64,000 bases of DNA from NCBI GenBank assembly GCA_017882505.1, contig JADGPJ010000004.1, positions 2,582 to 66,581 on the forward strand, in the 5' to 3' direction. The stretch is from Solirubrobacterales bacterium. Its GTDB lineage: Bacteria > Actinomycetota > Thermoleophilia > Solirubrobacterales > 70-9. The translations under genes and the position numbers were made by a program. Positions 18,296-27,802 of this stretch are shown in pieces (positions within the stretch are counted from its first letter, which is position 1; each line of letters opens with the position of its first letter). The notes under the pieces were generated by a model. It worked only from the letters and a program-made list of their open reading frames with translations, made no database searches and was not told where the DNA came from.

Positions 18296-18359
18296 ATTTG
18301 CTCCTCCCCTTTCAGGAGATCGCCGTCGGCGATCATGGGCCATCTAGTACCATAATGGG

Positions 18360-18977
18360 ATGACCGTACCATATACCTCGACCGGCCGCGCGAATCAGAA
18401 GGCGCGAACCCGCGATGCCCTGATCGCCGCCACGCGCGGGCTCCTCGCCCAGGGCCTGATCCCGACCATGGAGGCCGCCGCCGCCGCCGCCGCGATCTCC
18501 CGGACCACCGCCTACCGCTATTTCCCCAGTATTCGAGAGCTTCTCCTAACCGCCTATCCGCACGCCGAGGAAGACTCGCTCCTGGGCCCCGATCCGCCGC
18601 GGGACCCCGCCACCCGCCTACAGATGGTGGTCGAGAGCCACTCTCGGAGGATCCTCAAATACGAGCCGGAGATGCGCGCCGTGCTGCGGCTGTCGCTGGA
18701 AGACGATTCCGCCGACCGCTCAACACTGCCGATGCACCGGGGCCAGCGGATCGATTGGATCGCGGACGCCCTTGCGCCCCTGGAGGGCCAGATGAACGTG
18801 GAGGCGCTGCGCCGGCTGACCTACGGCATCGGCGCGACTCTGGGGATCGAGGCGTTCGTCTGGCTGACGGACATCGCCGGGCTCTCCCGGGAGGACGCGG
18901 TCGCGACCATGGGCCTGAACGCGTCGAGGCTGCTTCGTTCCGCGATCGCGGAGGACGCCGCGCCCAGCGGTCGCTAG
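18360..18977 (+). CDS. TetR/AcrR-family transcriptional regulator
   Basis: 205 aa. N-terminal HTH ARTRDALIAATRGLL...[21 protein letters not shown]. It is divergent from the cupin gene. Confidence 0.85.
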   Translation: MTVPYTSTGRANQKARTRDALIAATRGLLAQGLIPTMEAAAAAAAISRTTAYRYFPSIRELLLTAYPHAEEDSLLGPDPPRDPATRLQMVVESHSRRILKYEPEMRAVLRLSLEDDSADRSTLPMHRGQRIDWIADALAPLEGQMNVEALRRLTYGIGATLGIEAFVWLTDIAGLSREDAVATMGLNASRLLRSAIAEDAAPSGR

Positions 18978-19002
18978 GGGCTGTCGGGCCGAGCGACGGC
19001 GC

Positions 19003-19890
19003 TCAGGCGGCGTCGCGCTGCGCCGGCTCCCCAGGAGGCGCCTCGTCAGCGCTCGGCTTGCTGGCCGCGGCGCGCTCCTCGTAGGCGCGGCGGGCGCCGT
19101 GGTCGACCTCGAACATCAGCTTGTCCACGCCCATCGCGCGCCCGAGGGCCTCGCGCCAGGCGCGCGGCAGCAGGCCCATCACCCGGTAGAGGACGCCGTT
19201 GGAGCTGGGCACGAAGACGTCGAAGCGCGGCACTTCCATAGCGTCGACGATCTCGTTGGCGACGTCGGCCGCCTCGACCGGTTTGATCCATTTCTGGCCG
19301 ACGCCGCTGGTCAGCTCGGTGTTGACGACGGTCGGCATCACGCAGAGGACCTCGATGCCGCTGCCGCGCAGCTCCGCCCGCACCGCCTCGCTGAGGCCGA
19401 CGACGGCATGCTTCGTGGCCGAGTAGGTGGCGATGCCGGGGATCCCGGCTTTGCCCGCCTGCGAGGCGATGTTGACGATGTAGCCGGTGCCGCGGGGCCT
19501 CATCCGCGCGATCGCCAGCTGGGTGCCGGTGATGACGCCGTGGAGGTTGATGTCGACCTGGCGGCGGATCGAGCCCTCGCCCTCGTCGACGAACGGCGTC
19601 ACCGGCATGATCCCGGCGTTGTTGATCACCGCGTCGACCGGGCCGAGCTGGCGCTCGGTCTCGGCCAGGAAGGACTCGAAGGAGGGGCGATGGGTGACGT
19701 CGAGACCGAGCGCGATCGTGCCCCCACCCAGCCCATCCGCGGTCTTCTCCGCCAGCTCCAGGTCGAGGTCGCCGATGGCGACGCGGCAGCCCTTGCGGAC
19801 CAGCGCCGTCGCGGTCGCCTTGCCGATCCCCCGGGCACCGCCCGTGATCGCCACGACTTTGCCGTTCAGTGAACGCCGCTCTTTCGCCAT
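19003..19890 (-). CDS. SDR-family oxidoreductase
   Basis: 295 aa. TGGARGIG cofactor motif, NNAG, and the YSATKHAV catalytic YxxxK. Confidence 0.88.
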   Translation of the reverse strand: MAKERRSLNGKVVAITGGARGIGKATATALVRKGCRVAIGDLDLELAEKTADGLGGGTIALGLDVTHRPSFESFLAETERQLGPVDAVINNAGIMPVTPFVDEGEGSIRRQVDINLHGVITGTQLAIARMRPRGTGYIVNIASQAGKAGIPGIATYSATKHAVVGLSEAVRAELRGSGIEVLCVMPTVVNTELTSGVGQKWIKPVEAADVANEIVDAMEVPRFDVFVPSSNGVLYRVMGLLPRAWREALGRAMGVDKLMFEVDHGARRAYEERAAASKPSADEAPPGEPAQRDAA

Positions 19891-19918
19891 CGTTCCTCCT
19901 AGTCGGTTGCGGCGAGCC

Positions 19919-21112
19919 TCAGCTCGCCGGCTTGTAGACGGTGACCACGGCGGCTCCGCCGAGGCCGATGTTGTGCTGGAGCGCGACCTTCGCGCCCTCG
20001 ACCTGCCGCTTGTCGGCGGCGCCGCGCAGCTGCCAGGTCAGTTCCGAGCACTGCGCCAGCCCGGTCGCGCCGAGCGGGTGGCCCTTGGAGATCAGCCCGC
20101 CGGAGGGGTTGACCACGACCTCGCCGCCGAAGGTCGTCGCTTCCGCCTCGACCAGCTTGTGGGCCTCGCCCTCGGCGGCGAACCCGAGCGCTTCGTAGGT
20201 GATGAGCTCGTTGGCGCTGAAGCAGTCGTGCAGCTCGCAGACGTCGACCTCCTCGGCGCTGACTTCGGCTTCCTCGTAAGCCATCCGTGCCGCCGTCGCC
20301 GACATGTCGGAGCCGACGATCGTCATGCAGTCGGCTTCCTCGTTGAAGGTGGAGCTGAGGTCGGTGACCATCGCCTGGCCGACGATCTCGACCGCCTGGT
20401 CCCAGAGGTCGTGCTCGTCGACGTAGCGCTCGGAGGCGACGATCGCGCAGGCCGAGCCGTCGGAGGTCGGCGAGCACTGGAGCTTGGTCAAGGGGTCGTG
20501 GATCATCTTCGCCGCCTTGATGTCCTCCAGCGAGTACTCGTCCTGGAACTGGGCGTAGGGGTTGTTGACCGAGTGCTTGTGGTTCTTCCACCCGATCCAG
20601 GCGTAGTGGTCGGGAGTCGAGCCGTACCTGGCCATGTGGTCGCGGCCGGCGTTGCCGAACATCTGCGGTGCGAACGGCGAGGACTCGGCCTCGCGGATCT
20701 CCATCATCCGGGTCAGGTGCTTGTCGAGCGCCGGAGTGCGGTCGGTGTACTTCATGCCGAGGCTGCCGCGCTCCATTTTCTCGAAGCCGATCGCCATCGC
20801 GCACTCGACGAGGCCGCCCTTGACCGCCTGACGCGCCAAGAACAGCGCCGAGGAGCCGGTCGAGCAGTTGTTGTTGACGTTGATGATCGGGATCCCGGTC
20901 AGGCCGAGCCCGTAGAGCGCCCGCTGGCCGTAGGTCGAGTCGCCGTAGCAGTAGCCGGCGTAGGCCTGTTCGATGTCGGCGTATGGGACGCCCGCGTCGC
21001 CGAGCGCCTTCTCCCCCGCCTCCTTGGCCCAATCGGGGTAGTCGCCCTCCTTGGATCCGGGCTTCTCGAACTTGGTCATCCCAACCCCGATTACAAACGT
21101 CCGGTTGCTCAA
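19919..21112 (-). CDS. Thiolase-family lipid-transfer protein (SCP-x type acetyl-CoA acetyltransferase)
   Basis: 397 aa. [12 protein letters not shown] (active-site Cys), C-terminal [17 protein letters not shown] and [10 protein letters not shown]. Confidence 0.88.
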   Translation of the reverse strand: MSNRTFVIGVGMTKFEKPGSKEGDYPDWAKEAGEKALGDAGVPYADIEQAYAGYCYGDSTYGQRALYGLGLTGIPIINVNNNCSTGSSALFLARQAVKGGLVECAMAIGFEKMERGSLGMKYTDRTPALDKHLTRMMEIREAESSPFAPQMFGNAGRDHMARYGSTPDHYAWIGWKNHKHSVNNPYAQFQDEYSLEDIKAAKMIHDPLTKLQCSPTSDGSACAIVASERYVDEHDLWDQAVEIVGQAMVTDLSSTFNEEADCMTIVGSDMSATAARMAYEEAEVSAEEVDVCELHDCFSANELITYEALGFAAEGEAHKLVEAEATTFGGEVVVNPSGGLISKGHPLGATGLAQCSELTWQLRGAADKRQVEGAKVALQHNIGLGGAAVVTVYKPAS

Positions 21113-21170
21113 AGCAGGCTCCTGTGGTCTGCCGCGCCAATTGGGCGGCGGTTTGGCTGACTGGCCAAAT

Positions 21171-22307
21171 CTACCGGGCCACCGCCTCCGGCGGCGCCAG
21201 AGGGCGCTTTTCCCGCTCCCTCTCCCCTTCTCCCGGATTGGGCCAGATCAGGAAGGCGGCGGCGGCGAGCGCGATCCCCAGCGCGGTGCCGCTGGCCCGC
21301 TGCCCGGCGGCGTGGAAGGCCCCCTCGCCGAGCGTGACCGAGAGCACGACGACGTAGGTCGTGATCGCCGCGGTGAAGAGCGCGTACTGGACCGTGAGCA
21401 GGCCGAAGGTGAGCGCCGCGGCAACCGTCAGCACCACTCCGATCACGACCTCCTCGCCGCCGAAGAGCTCGGCGATGGCGGTCGCGACGATCAGCCCGAG
21501 CAGGGTGCCCAGCGCTCTCAGGGCGAGGCGGTGGTAGGTCTCGTCGCGCTCGGGCCGCATCACGAAGAGGATCGTCAGCGGGATCCAGAACCCATGCTGG
21601 TGCATGCCGAGGATCCGGTAGAGGGCGACCCCGGCGGCGAGGGCGGCGCCGAACCGGATCGCGTGGCGGGCGCTGCTCGAGCTCAGGGTCAGGTTCGATC
21701 GCAGCGCCGTGACGGCAGCTCTGGTGCTCCAGCCGCTCTCCTGACCCTCGGCGGCACGGTCGGAAAAGAACCAGACGAGCAGCGACCAGGCCACTTGCAT
21801 CAGCCCCCCGAGCGTGCCGTAGAGCAGCGCCGACCCGGCGTTCCCCGGGGCGAGGAAGAGACCCTGGGCGATCACCAGCGCCAGCGCCACCGAGAGGCCG
21901 ACGATCGCCAGCCGCAACGAGACCGCGAAGCAGTAGCCGGCGGCGGCGCCGAGCAGGGCCATCGCCACGACGGCGGTAGGGGCGGTCTGGCTGCTGAGGA
22001 CGCCGAGCGCGGCGGCGAACCCGATCATCGGCGCCGACGCCGCCTGCCAGGCCGCCCGCGGGCCCGCCGGGGCGTCGAGCCCGGGGAATCCGCAGAGCAG
22101 GGCGCCGGTCGCGACCGCGCCCTTGGTCGGCGAGTTGAAGCCGAGCTCGACGAACAGCGAGACGCCGATCGGGACCGCGATCAGGGCACCGCGGCGCAGT
22201 GCCGGACCGGGTGCCGCGGGGCCGATCGCGAACAGCGGCGAGGCCTGCAGGCGCCGCGCCAGCCCGGAGGCGTTGAAGAGCGGTGATCGAGGCCGCTGGG
22301 TCGACAT
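21171..22307 (-). CDS. FUSC-family integral membrane protein
   Basis: I chose ATG 22307 (MSTQRPRS) to avoid running into the ccdA start. Multi-TM, with the FUSC-like block [34 protein letters not shown]. Confidence 0.7.
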   Translation of the reverse strand: MSTQRPRSPLFNASGLARRLQASPLFAIGPAAPGPALRRGALIAVPIGVSLFVELGFNSPTKGAVATGALLCGFPGLDAPAGPRAAWQAASAPMIGFAAALGVLSSQTAPTAVVAMALLGAAAGYCFAVSLRLAIVGLSVALALVIAQGLFLAPGNAGSALLYGTLGGLMQVAWSLLVWFFSDRAAEGQESGWSTRAAVTALRSNLTLSSSSARHAIRFGAALAAGVALYRILGMHQHGFWIPLTILFVMRPERDETYHRLALRALGTLLGLIVATAIAELFGGEEVVIGVVLTVAAALTFGLLTVQYALFTAAITTYVVVLSVTLGEGAFHAAGQRASGTALGIALAAAAFLIWPNPGEGEREREKRPLAPPEAVAR

Positions 22308-22332
22308 CGCGCTGAGGGTAACCTGAGAGGTC

Positions 22333-23091
22333 GTGGTCAATGCGGTTCTCAGCTCCGATCCCGCTGCAGGAGTGGGCATCCTCGCCGCCCTCGCGGCGGG
22401 GATCGTCTCCTTCCTGTCTCCCTGCGTGCTGCCGCTCGTCCCCGGCTACCTCTCGGCCGTGACCGGCGTCTCCGCGGCCGAGCTCGACGACGCCGGCTGG
22501 CGCCGGGTTCTGGGGCCGAGCCTGATCTTCGTCGCCAGCTTCTCCTCGATCTTCATCCTGCTCGGGCTGACCGCGACCGGGCTCGGGTCGACCCTGCAGA
22601 ACCACAAGCAGCTGCTGACGACGATCTCCGGCTGGCTGATCATCACCATGGGGGTGCTCTTCGTCGCCTCGCTCTTCATCACCCGCCTCAACCGCGAGTG
22701 GCACGTCGACGCTCTGCTCGAGCGGGCGGGCAAGGGCGGCCCGATCGTCGCCGGCGCCGCCTTCGCGATCGCCTGGACCCCCTGCATCGGGCCCACCCTG
22801 GGCGCCATCCTCACCGCCGCCTCGTTGTCGGGCTCCGCTGCCCGCGGCGCCTTCCTGCTCGCCGTCTACTCGGCCGGCCTGGCGATCCCGTTCATCCTCA
22901 CCGCCCTCGCCTTCTCCCGCATGACCTCGGCCTTCGCGGTGGTCAAGCGCCACTACCAGGCGATCGTCGCCGTCGGCGGTCTGATCCTGATCGCGATGGG
23001 AATTCTGATCCTCACCGGCGAACTCTCCCGGCTCAACATCGAAGCCCAGAGCTGGCTATCGAGCCTGGGACTCGACTTCTGGAACCTCTGA
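22333..23091 (+). CDS. ccdA: Cytochrome c biogenesis / thiol-reductant transporter CcdA (DsbD family)
   Basis: 252 aa, about 6 TM helices. It carries the two conserved Cys motifs FLSPCVLPLVPGY and WTPCIGPTLG. Confidence 0.88.
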   Translation: MVNAVLSSDPAAGVGILAALAAGIVSFLSPCVLPLVPGYLSAVTGVSAAELDDAGWRRVLGPSLIFVASFSSIFILLGLTATGLGSTLQNHKQLLTTISGWLIITMGVLFVASLFITRLNREWHVDALLERAGKGGPIVAGAAFAIAWTPCIGPTLGAILTAASLSGSAARGAFLLAVYSAGLAIPFILTALAFSRMTSAFAVVKRHYQAIVAVGGLILIAMGILILTGELSRLNIEAQSWLSSLGLDFWNL

Positions 23092-23191
23092 GAGGTCCTC
23101 AGGCCGGCACATCTCGGCGTCCTCGTCGCTCACGTGCGGAGCACGCTTGCTCCCGCGTCCTTGAGCTGCTTGGCCTGACGCCCTCTCGGCG

Positions 23192-23479
23192 TCAGTTGTT
23201 GGTGACCGGCGCGACGGTCACGAGCTCCTGGCCGATCGCCTCGACCTCCTCGAGCTTCTCGCCGTCGAGGTCGCGTGAGCAGACGATGCGGAAGCGGCCG
23301 GTGCCGATCTCGCCGTCGGGAACCACCGGCAATCCGCGGATGTGATCCCAGCCGAGCCGTTCGACCTCGAACGGGTTCATCCGCACCTCGGCCGCTGGGA
23401 ACGGGCAGTTCGCGTTGTGCTGGTCGATCGCCTTGGAGATCGCCTCCAGGTTCTTCGCCTCGGGTGAAGCCATCCGCAT
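23192..23479 (-). CDS. Hypothetical small protein (95 aa)
   Basis: Balanced, non-Arg/Pro-biased composition: MRMASPEAKNLEAISKAIDQHNANCPFPAAEVRMNPFEVERLGWDHIRG... I recognise no family. Confidence 0.5.
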   Translation of the reverse strand: MRMASPEAKNLEAISKAIDQHNANCPFPAAEVRMNPFEVERLGWDHIRGLPVVPDGEIGTGRFRIVCSRDLDGEKLEEVEAIGQELVTVAPVTNN

Positions 23480-23552
23480 GGAGCCTAGAGGGTGCCGCCC
23501 GGCCCTTCATCCCGGCACAGGAGCCGCAACCGGCCTGGCGAAACACCCAGCG

Positions 23553-24173
23553 ATGAGCACGAACCGGGTCGAGGCCTTCTCCGACGGGGTCTTCGCGATC
23601 GCGATCACGCTGCTGGTGTTGCAGATCCACGTGCCGGAAGCGGGCTCCGGAGAGCATCTGGCCCACGCCCTGGCCGCGCAGTGGCCGAGCTATGCCGCCT
23701 ACGCGATCTCCTTCCTGACGATCGGGGTCATCTGGATCAACCATCACGTGATGCTCCGGCGGCTGCGGATCGTCGACCACTCGGTCCTGATCTGGAACCT
23801 GCTGCTGCTGATGTGCGTCGGGATCCTGCCTTTCACCACGGCGTTGATGGCCGCCTACCTGAAGGGGAGCGAGGGCGAGGCGCTCGCCGCCGCCGTCTAC
23901 AGCGGCTCGTTCATGGTGATGACGCTGGTCTTCGCGGCGACCAACCACCACGTCCTCTTCCGCAAGGCCGAGATGCTCGACGAGGAGGTCGACGAGCGGA
24001 CCCGCCGCCTGACCTTCAAACGCGGAATCTCCGGTGTCCTGCCCTACCTGGTGGCGACGGTGCTGGCCTTCGTCTCGCCCTACCTGACCTTCGCGATCTG
24101 CGCCGCCGTCGCGATCTTCTACGCACTCCCCTTCGCCACCGCGAGCGAATCGCCGGAGACGCCTCCGGTCTGA
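23553..24173 (+). CDS. TMEM175-family (DUF1211) potassium channel
   Basis: I chose ATG 23553. Signature RVEAFSDGVFAIAITLLVL, with a repeat-like second half. 6 TM helices. Confidence 0.8.
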   Translation: MSTNRVEAFSDGVFAIAITLLVLQIHVPEAGSGEHLAHALAAQWPSYAAYAISFLTIGVIWINHHVMLRRLRIVDHSVLIWNLLLLMCVGILPFTTALMAAYLKGSEGEALAAAVYSGSFMVMTLVFAATNHHVLFRKAEMLDEEVDERTRRLTFKRGISGVLPYLVATVLAFVSPYLTFAICAAVAIFYALPFATASESPETPPV

Positions 24174-24212
24174 GCTGCCGGGTCCGTCCCGCCCCCCTCC
24201 TACGATCGGTGG

Positions 24213-25304
24213 GTGGCCGGCACGCGGACGATCGCTCATCTCGACATGGACGCCTTCTACGCGTCGGTCGAGCTGCGGCGACGGCCGGAGCTGCGGGGGA
24301 AGCCGGTGGTCGTCTGCGGCTCCGGGCCGCGGGCCGTGGTGACCACGGCGAGCTACGAGGCGCGCAAACTGGCGGGAATCCACTCGGCGATGCCGGCGGC
24401 GGTGGCGCGGCGGCGGCTGCCGGACGCGGTCTACCTGACGCCGGACTTCCCGGCTTACCGGGAGGCGTCGGCCCAGGTGATGGAAGTGCTGCGGCGCAAC
24501 GTCGAGACGGTCGAGGTCGTCGGGCTCGACGAGGCCTACCTCGACCTCACCGGGATCTTCTCGCCGAAGTCGACGATGCGGCGGATCGCCGCCGCGATTC
24601 GCGACGACACCGGGCTGACCTGCTCGGTCGGGATCTCCGAGAGCCGGATGCTGGCCAAGATCACCAGCGAGCTGGGCAAGCCGGCGGGCCTGGTGGTGCT
24701 CTCGCGTGAGGACGCGCTCGAGCGCTTCGCCGGGGAATCGCCCGGGCTGGTGCCGGGGATCGGGCCGAAGACCGTGGCCCGACTCGAGGGGATGGGGATC
24801 CTGACCCTCGCCGATCTGCGCCGCCGGGACGTCACCGAGCTGGAAGCCGCCTTCGGACCGCGCTCGGGCGCCTGGCTCCACGCCCGCGGCCGGCTCTGGG
24901 ACGACTCGCCGATCACCGTCTCTCGCGAGACCAAGTCGCAGTCGACCGAGATCACCTTCGACGTCGACGTGCACCAGCGCGGCGAGCTGGAGGCGCACCT
25001 GGTCGAGCTCGGCGAGGAGCTCTGCCGGCGGTTGGCCAAGCGCGAGCTCGAGGGCCGGACGATCGGGATCAAGATCAGGCTCGACGACTGGACCAACGTC
25101 AGCCGCTCGCACTCGGTCGAGGAGCCGACCAACGACCCCGCGGTCGTCGTTCCCGTAGCCCTCGACCTGCTGCGGGCCTATGACCCGCAGCGGTCGGTAC
25201 GGCTGCTCGGCGTCCGCGTCGCCTCCTTCGAGCGCGACGCGGACGCCGGCGAGGCCGAGCCGCCCGCGGGGCAGCTTCAACTGGGCTTCAGCGGGGCAGC
25301 CTGA
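24213..25304 (+). CDS. dinB: DNA polymerase IV
   Basis: 363 aa. IAHLDMDAFYASVE, SYEARKLAGIHSAMP, VEVVGLDEAYLD and SVGISESRMLAKI. Confidence 0.92.
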   Translation: MAGTRTIAHLDMDAFYASVELRRRPELRGKPVVVCGSGPRAVVTTASYEARKLAGIHSAMPAAVARRRLPDAVYLTPDFPAYREASAQVMEVLRRNVETVEVVGLDEAYLDLTGIFSPKSTMRRIAAAIRDDTGLTCSVGISESRMLAKITSELGKPAGLVVLSREDALERFAGESPGLVPGIGPKTVARLEGMGILTLADLRRRDVTELEAAFGPRSGAWLHARGRLWDDSPITVSRETKSQSTEITFDVDVHQRGELEAHLVELGEELCRRLAKRELEGRTIGIKIRLDDWTNVSRSHSVEEPTNDPAVVVPVALDLLRAYDPQRSVRLLGVRVASFERDADAGEAEPPAGQLQLGFSGAA

Positions 25305-25305
25305 T

Positions 25306-25350
25306 CCCGTGGTTCCTTACGCACCTGTTTCGTGCAAAAGGAACCACGGG
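25306..25350. terminator. Bidirectional terminator-like hairpin between convergent dinB and the rlpA-like gene
   Basis: A perfect 13-bp stem, cccgtggttcctt / aaggaaccacggg, encloses a smaller gcac...gtgc hairpin. It starts 2 nt after the dinB stop and ends 14 nt before the minus-strand stop. Confidence 0.55.
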
Positions 25351-25363
25351 ATGGAGGACCGAT

Positions 25364-26014
25364 CTAGTGGTTGGCCAGGATGGTGCCGATGCCCGGGAAG
25401 CCGAGCTTGTTCCGGGTCGCCTCGGTCAGGTCGTAGTCGCGACCGGCGACGTAGGGACCGCGGTCGATCACCGGCACCGTGACCGAACGGCCGTGGTAGC
25501 GGATCTTCACGATCGTGCCGCAGGGCAGCGTCCTGTTGGCGACGCCGAGCGTCCCCGGCATCAGGGTGCCGCCGCAGGCGACGCCGTTGCCGTAGAGGCC
25601 GGGCCCGTAGTAGGAGGCACCGGCCTGGCGGTAGCTGGTCAGGCGCCGGCCCTTGCTGGAGGAGCCGTGGGTGTGGCGGTCGTGGACGCCGAACGCCCGT
25701 ACCGAGTAGTCGCCGATCTCCTTCGGCGCCCAGCGAACGGCGAACGTCCCGTTCGCCCTCGTGGTGGTGGCGACGACTCCGGCGTCCGGGCCGTGGAAGA
25801 CGACCTTGACCCGGTGGCGACCGCTGGGACGGACCTTGCCGCGGACGGCGATGCCGTTGCCGCTGAGCACGGTGTGCCCGGAGAGGTGCAGGGAGACGTG
25901 GGATTTGACCCGCTGGGGGTGATGGCGGTGGCGGGGGTGCGAATTCGCCGCGGCCGGCGCAATGCCGATCGACAGCGCGGTGGCGGCTGCCACCGCGGGC
26001 AGGATGAATCGCAT
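25364..26014 (-). CDS. RlpA-like (DPBB-domain) secreted cell-wall protein / lytic transglycosylase family
   Basis: 216 aa. Signal peptide MRFILPAVAAATALSIGIAPAAA. The C-terminal DPBB block is ASYYGPGLYGNGVACGGTL...LPCGTIVKIRYHGRSVTVPVIDRGPYVAGRDYDLT. Confidence 0.8.
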   Translation of the reverse strand: MRFILPAVAAATALSIGIAPAAANSHPRHRHHPQRVKSHVSLHLSGHTVLSGNGIAVRGKVRPSGRHRVKVVFHGPDAGVVATTTRANGTFAVRWAPKEIGDYSVRAFGVHDRHTHGSSSKGRRLTSYRQAGASYYGPGLYGNGVACGGTLMPGTLGVANRTLPCGTIVKIRYHGRSVTVPVIDRGPYVAGRDYDLTEATRNKLGFPGIGTILANH

Positions 26015-26079
26015 CTGTATCGCTCGCTTTCTCTGCTGCCTGCGGGGTTAGCTGACGGGCTCGCGGGCGCGCCGGATCG

Positions 26080-26285
26080 TCCGGACACTCGCTACGGGCG
26101 GCTAGCCGCCCGATTCGCCCCGGCCACGGACTGATCGCCGTGACATTTGGGTCCCCCGTTCCCGCTCGCTGGCGCGAGGGGATTCGGCAGATGGGTTCGT
26201 TCGTTTAGGTGGAGAACACGGTAGGACCCCCGCTCGGAGCGCCGTGTGATCACCCTCACACGGCGCCGAATCGGCAACGAGTCCT
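26080..26285 (-). promoter_or_regulatory. ydaO/yuaA-type (cyclic-di-AMP) riboswitch candidate in the rlpA-like 5' leader
   Basis: The minus-strand RNA shows the pseudo-twofold pattern I associate with this class. First half: GCCGAUUC-[hairpin gcgccgtgtga/tcacacggcgc]-UCCGAGCGGGGGUCCUAC. Second half: CUGCCGAAUCCCC ... GGGAACGGGGGACCCAAA ... GGGGCGAAUCGGGCGGCUAGCCGCCC. Recognition is by eye and boundaries are approximate. Confidence 0.65.
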
Positions 26286-26335
26286 GCAAATGGCTCTAGA
26301 GAGCCAAGAAAACGCCCCTATCGTGCCTGACTGTC

Positions 26336-27799
26336 GTGTGCGAAGATGCACACGTGGCCGCTGACAGGTTGACCGGGCTCGATACGTCGTTCCTTCACAT
26401 GGAGCGCGCCGGCGCCCATATGCACGTCGCCTCGACGATCATCTTCGAGGGCCCGGCGCCCTCCCACGCGGAGTTCCGCGAGCACATTGCCTCCCGCCTT
26501 CACCTCGTCCCCCGCTTCCGCCAGAAGCTGCGGTTCGTCCCCTTCGACCAGGGCCGCCCGGTCTGGGTCGACGACCCGCACCTGAACCTCGACTACCACG
26601 TGCGCCAGAGCGCGCTGCCGGCGCCGGGCTCCGAGGAGCAGCTGCGCAACCTGGCGGCGCGGATCTTCTCCCAGCAGCTCGACCGCAGCAAGCCGCTCTG
26701 GGAGCTGTGGCTGGTCGAGGGCCTGCGCGACGACCGCTTCGCGGTCGTCGCCAAGAGCCATCACGCGCTCGTCGATGGCGTCTCCGGGGTCGACATCACC
26801 ACCGTCCTCTTCGACCTCGATGCCGAGCCCCGGGGTCACGCCGGCTCGGCGCCGCCCTGGCTGGCGCGGCCAGAACCGACCGATCTGCAGCTGCTCGGCG
26901 ACGCGATGAGGGAGCGCCTGACCAGCCCCAAGGAGATAGTCCGCGGCGTCCGTGCCGTCTTCCGCGGTCCGCGTCAGGTGCTGGAAGGCATCGGCGCCAC
27001 CTCGAAGATGATCGGCGCCGGCATGTCCGCTCCGCACAGCGTCTTCAACGTCGAGATCGGGCCGCACCGCCGCTTCGCGATCGCCCAGACCGATCTGGCC
27101 GAGCTGAAGCGGGCCAAGGACGAGCACGGCGGCACCGTCAACGACGTCATCCTCTCGATCGTCGCCGGCGGCCTCGGCAAGTACCTGCGCGCTCGCGGTC
27201 ACAGCACCGAGGGGCTGGAGCTGCGGGCGATGGTCCCGATCAGCGTCCGCGCCGCCGAGGAGCACGGCGCCCTCGGAAACCGGATCTCGGCGATGATGGC
27301 GCCGCTGCCGGTCTGGTGCGAGGACCCCGTCGAGCGACTGAAGATCCTCACCGGCGAGATGGGCGACCTGAAGTCCTCCGGGCAGGCGGTCGGGGCCGAA
27401 ATCCTGACCAAGATCACCGACTTCGCGCCGACCACGATCGCCTCGCAGGCTGCACGCCTGCAGCCGGCGCAGCGCTTCTTCAACCTCGTCGTCACCAACG
27501 TGCCCGGACCGCAGTTCCCGCTCTACGTGCTGGGTCGCAAGATGGAGTCGATCTTCCCGATGGTGCCGCTGGCACGCCGGCAGGCGCTCTGCGTCGGGAT
27601 CATGTCCTACAACGGGCAGGTCAACTTCGGCCTGGTCGGCGACTACGACGCGATGGCCGACCTCGACAGCTTCGCGCTCGACCTCGAGGCGGCGACCGCG
27701 GAGATCGTCGCCACCGTGCCGAAGCCGAAGAAACGGGCGAAGGCGAGCAAGGTCTCCTCGAACGGCGTCGGCGCACTCGCGGCCGAGCCGCACGCCTAG
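26336..27799 (+). CDS. Wax ester synthase / diacylglycerol O-acyltransferase (WS/DGAT)
   Basis: 487 aa. Catalytic HHALVDGVSG (HHxxxDG), N-terminal LDTSFLHME, and C-terminal NVPGPQFPLY. The start may instead be GTG 26354. Confidence 0.88.
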   Translation: MCEDAHVAADRLTGLDTSFLHMERAGAHMHVASTIIFEGPAPSHAEFREHIASRLHLVPRFRQKLRFVPFDQGRPVWVDDPHLNLDYHVRQSALPAPGSEEQLRNLAARIFSQQLDRSKPLWELWLVEGLRDDRFAVVAKSHHALVDGVSGVDITTVLFDLDAEPRGHAGSAPPWLARPEPTDLQLLGDAMRERLTSPKEIVRGVRAVFRGPRQVLEGIGATSKMIGAGMSAPHSVFNVEIGPHRRFAIAQTDLAELKRAKDEHGGTVNDVILSIVAGGLGKYLRARGHSTEGLELRAMVPISVRAAEEHGALGNRISAMMAPLPVWCEDPVERLKILTGEMGDLKSSGQAVGAEILTKITDFAPTTIASQAARLQPAQRFFNLVVTNVPGPQFPLYVLGRKMESIFPMVPLARRQALCVGIMSYNGQVNFGLVGDYDAMADLDSFALDLEAATAEIVATVPKPKKRAKASKVSSNGVGALAAEPHA

Positions 27800-27802
27800 C
27801 GG

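Noticed and set aside
21109-22953. 614-aa minus-strand ORF, plus the 411-aa plus-strand ORF 21051-22286.
   Set aside because: Both overlap the FUSC and ccdA genes in other frames or strands and are Arg/Gly/Asp/Pro-rich. The FUSC and CcdA frames show coherent TM helices and conserved motifs.
23130-25280. 716-aa minus-strand ORF.
   Set aside because: It is antisense to the TMEM175 channel and dinB, has an Arg/Gly/Pro/Asp-rich composition and shows no recognisable domain.
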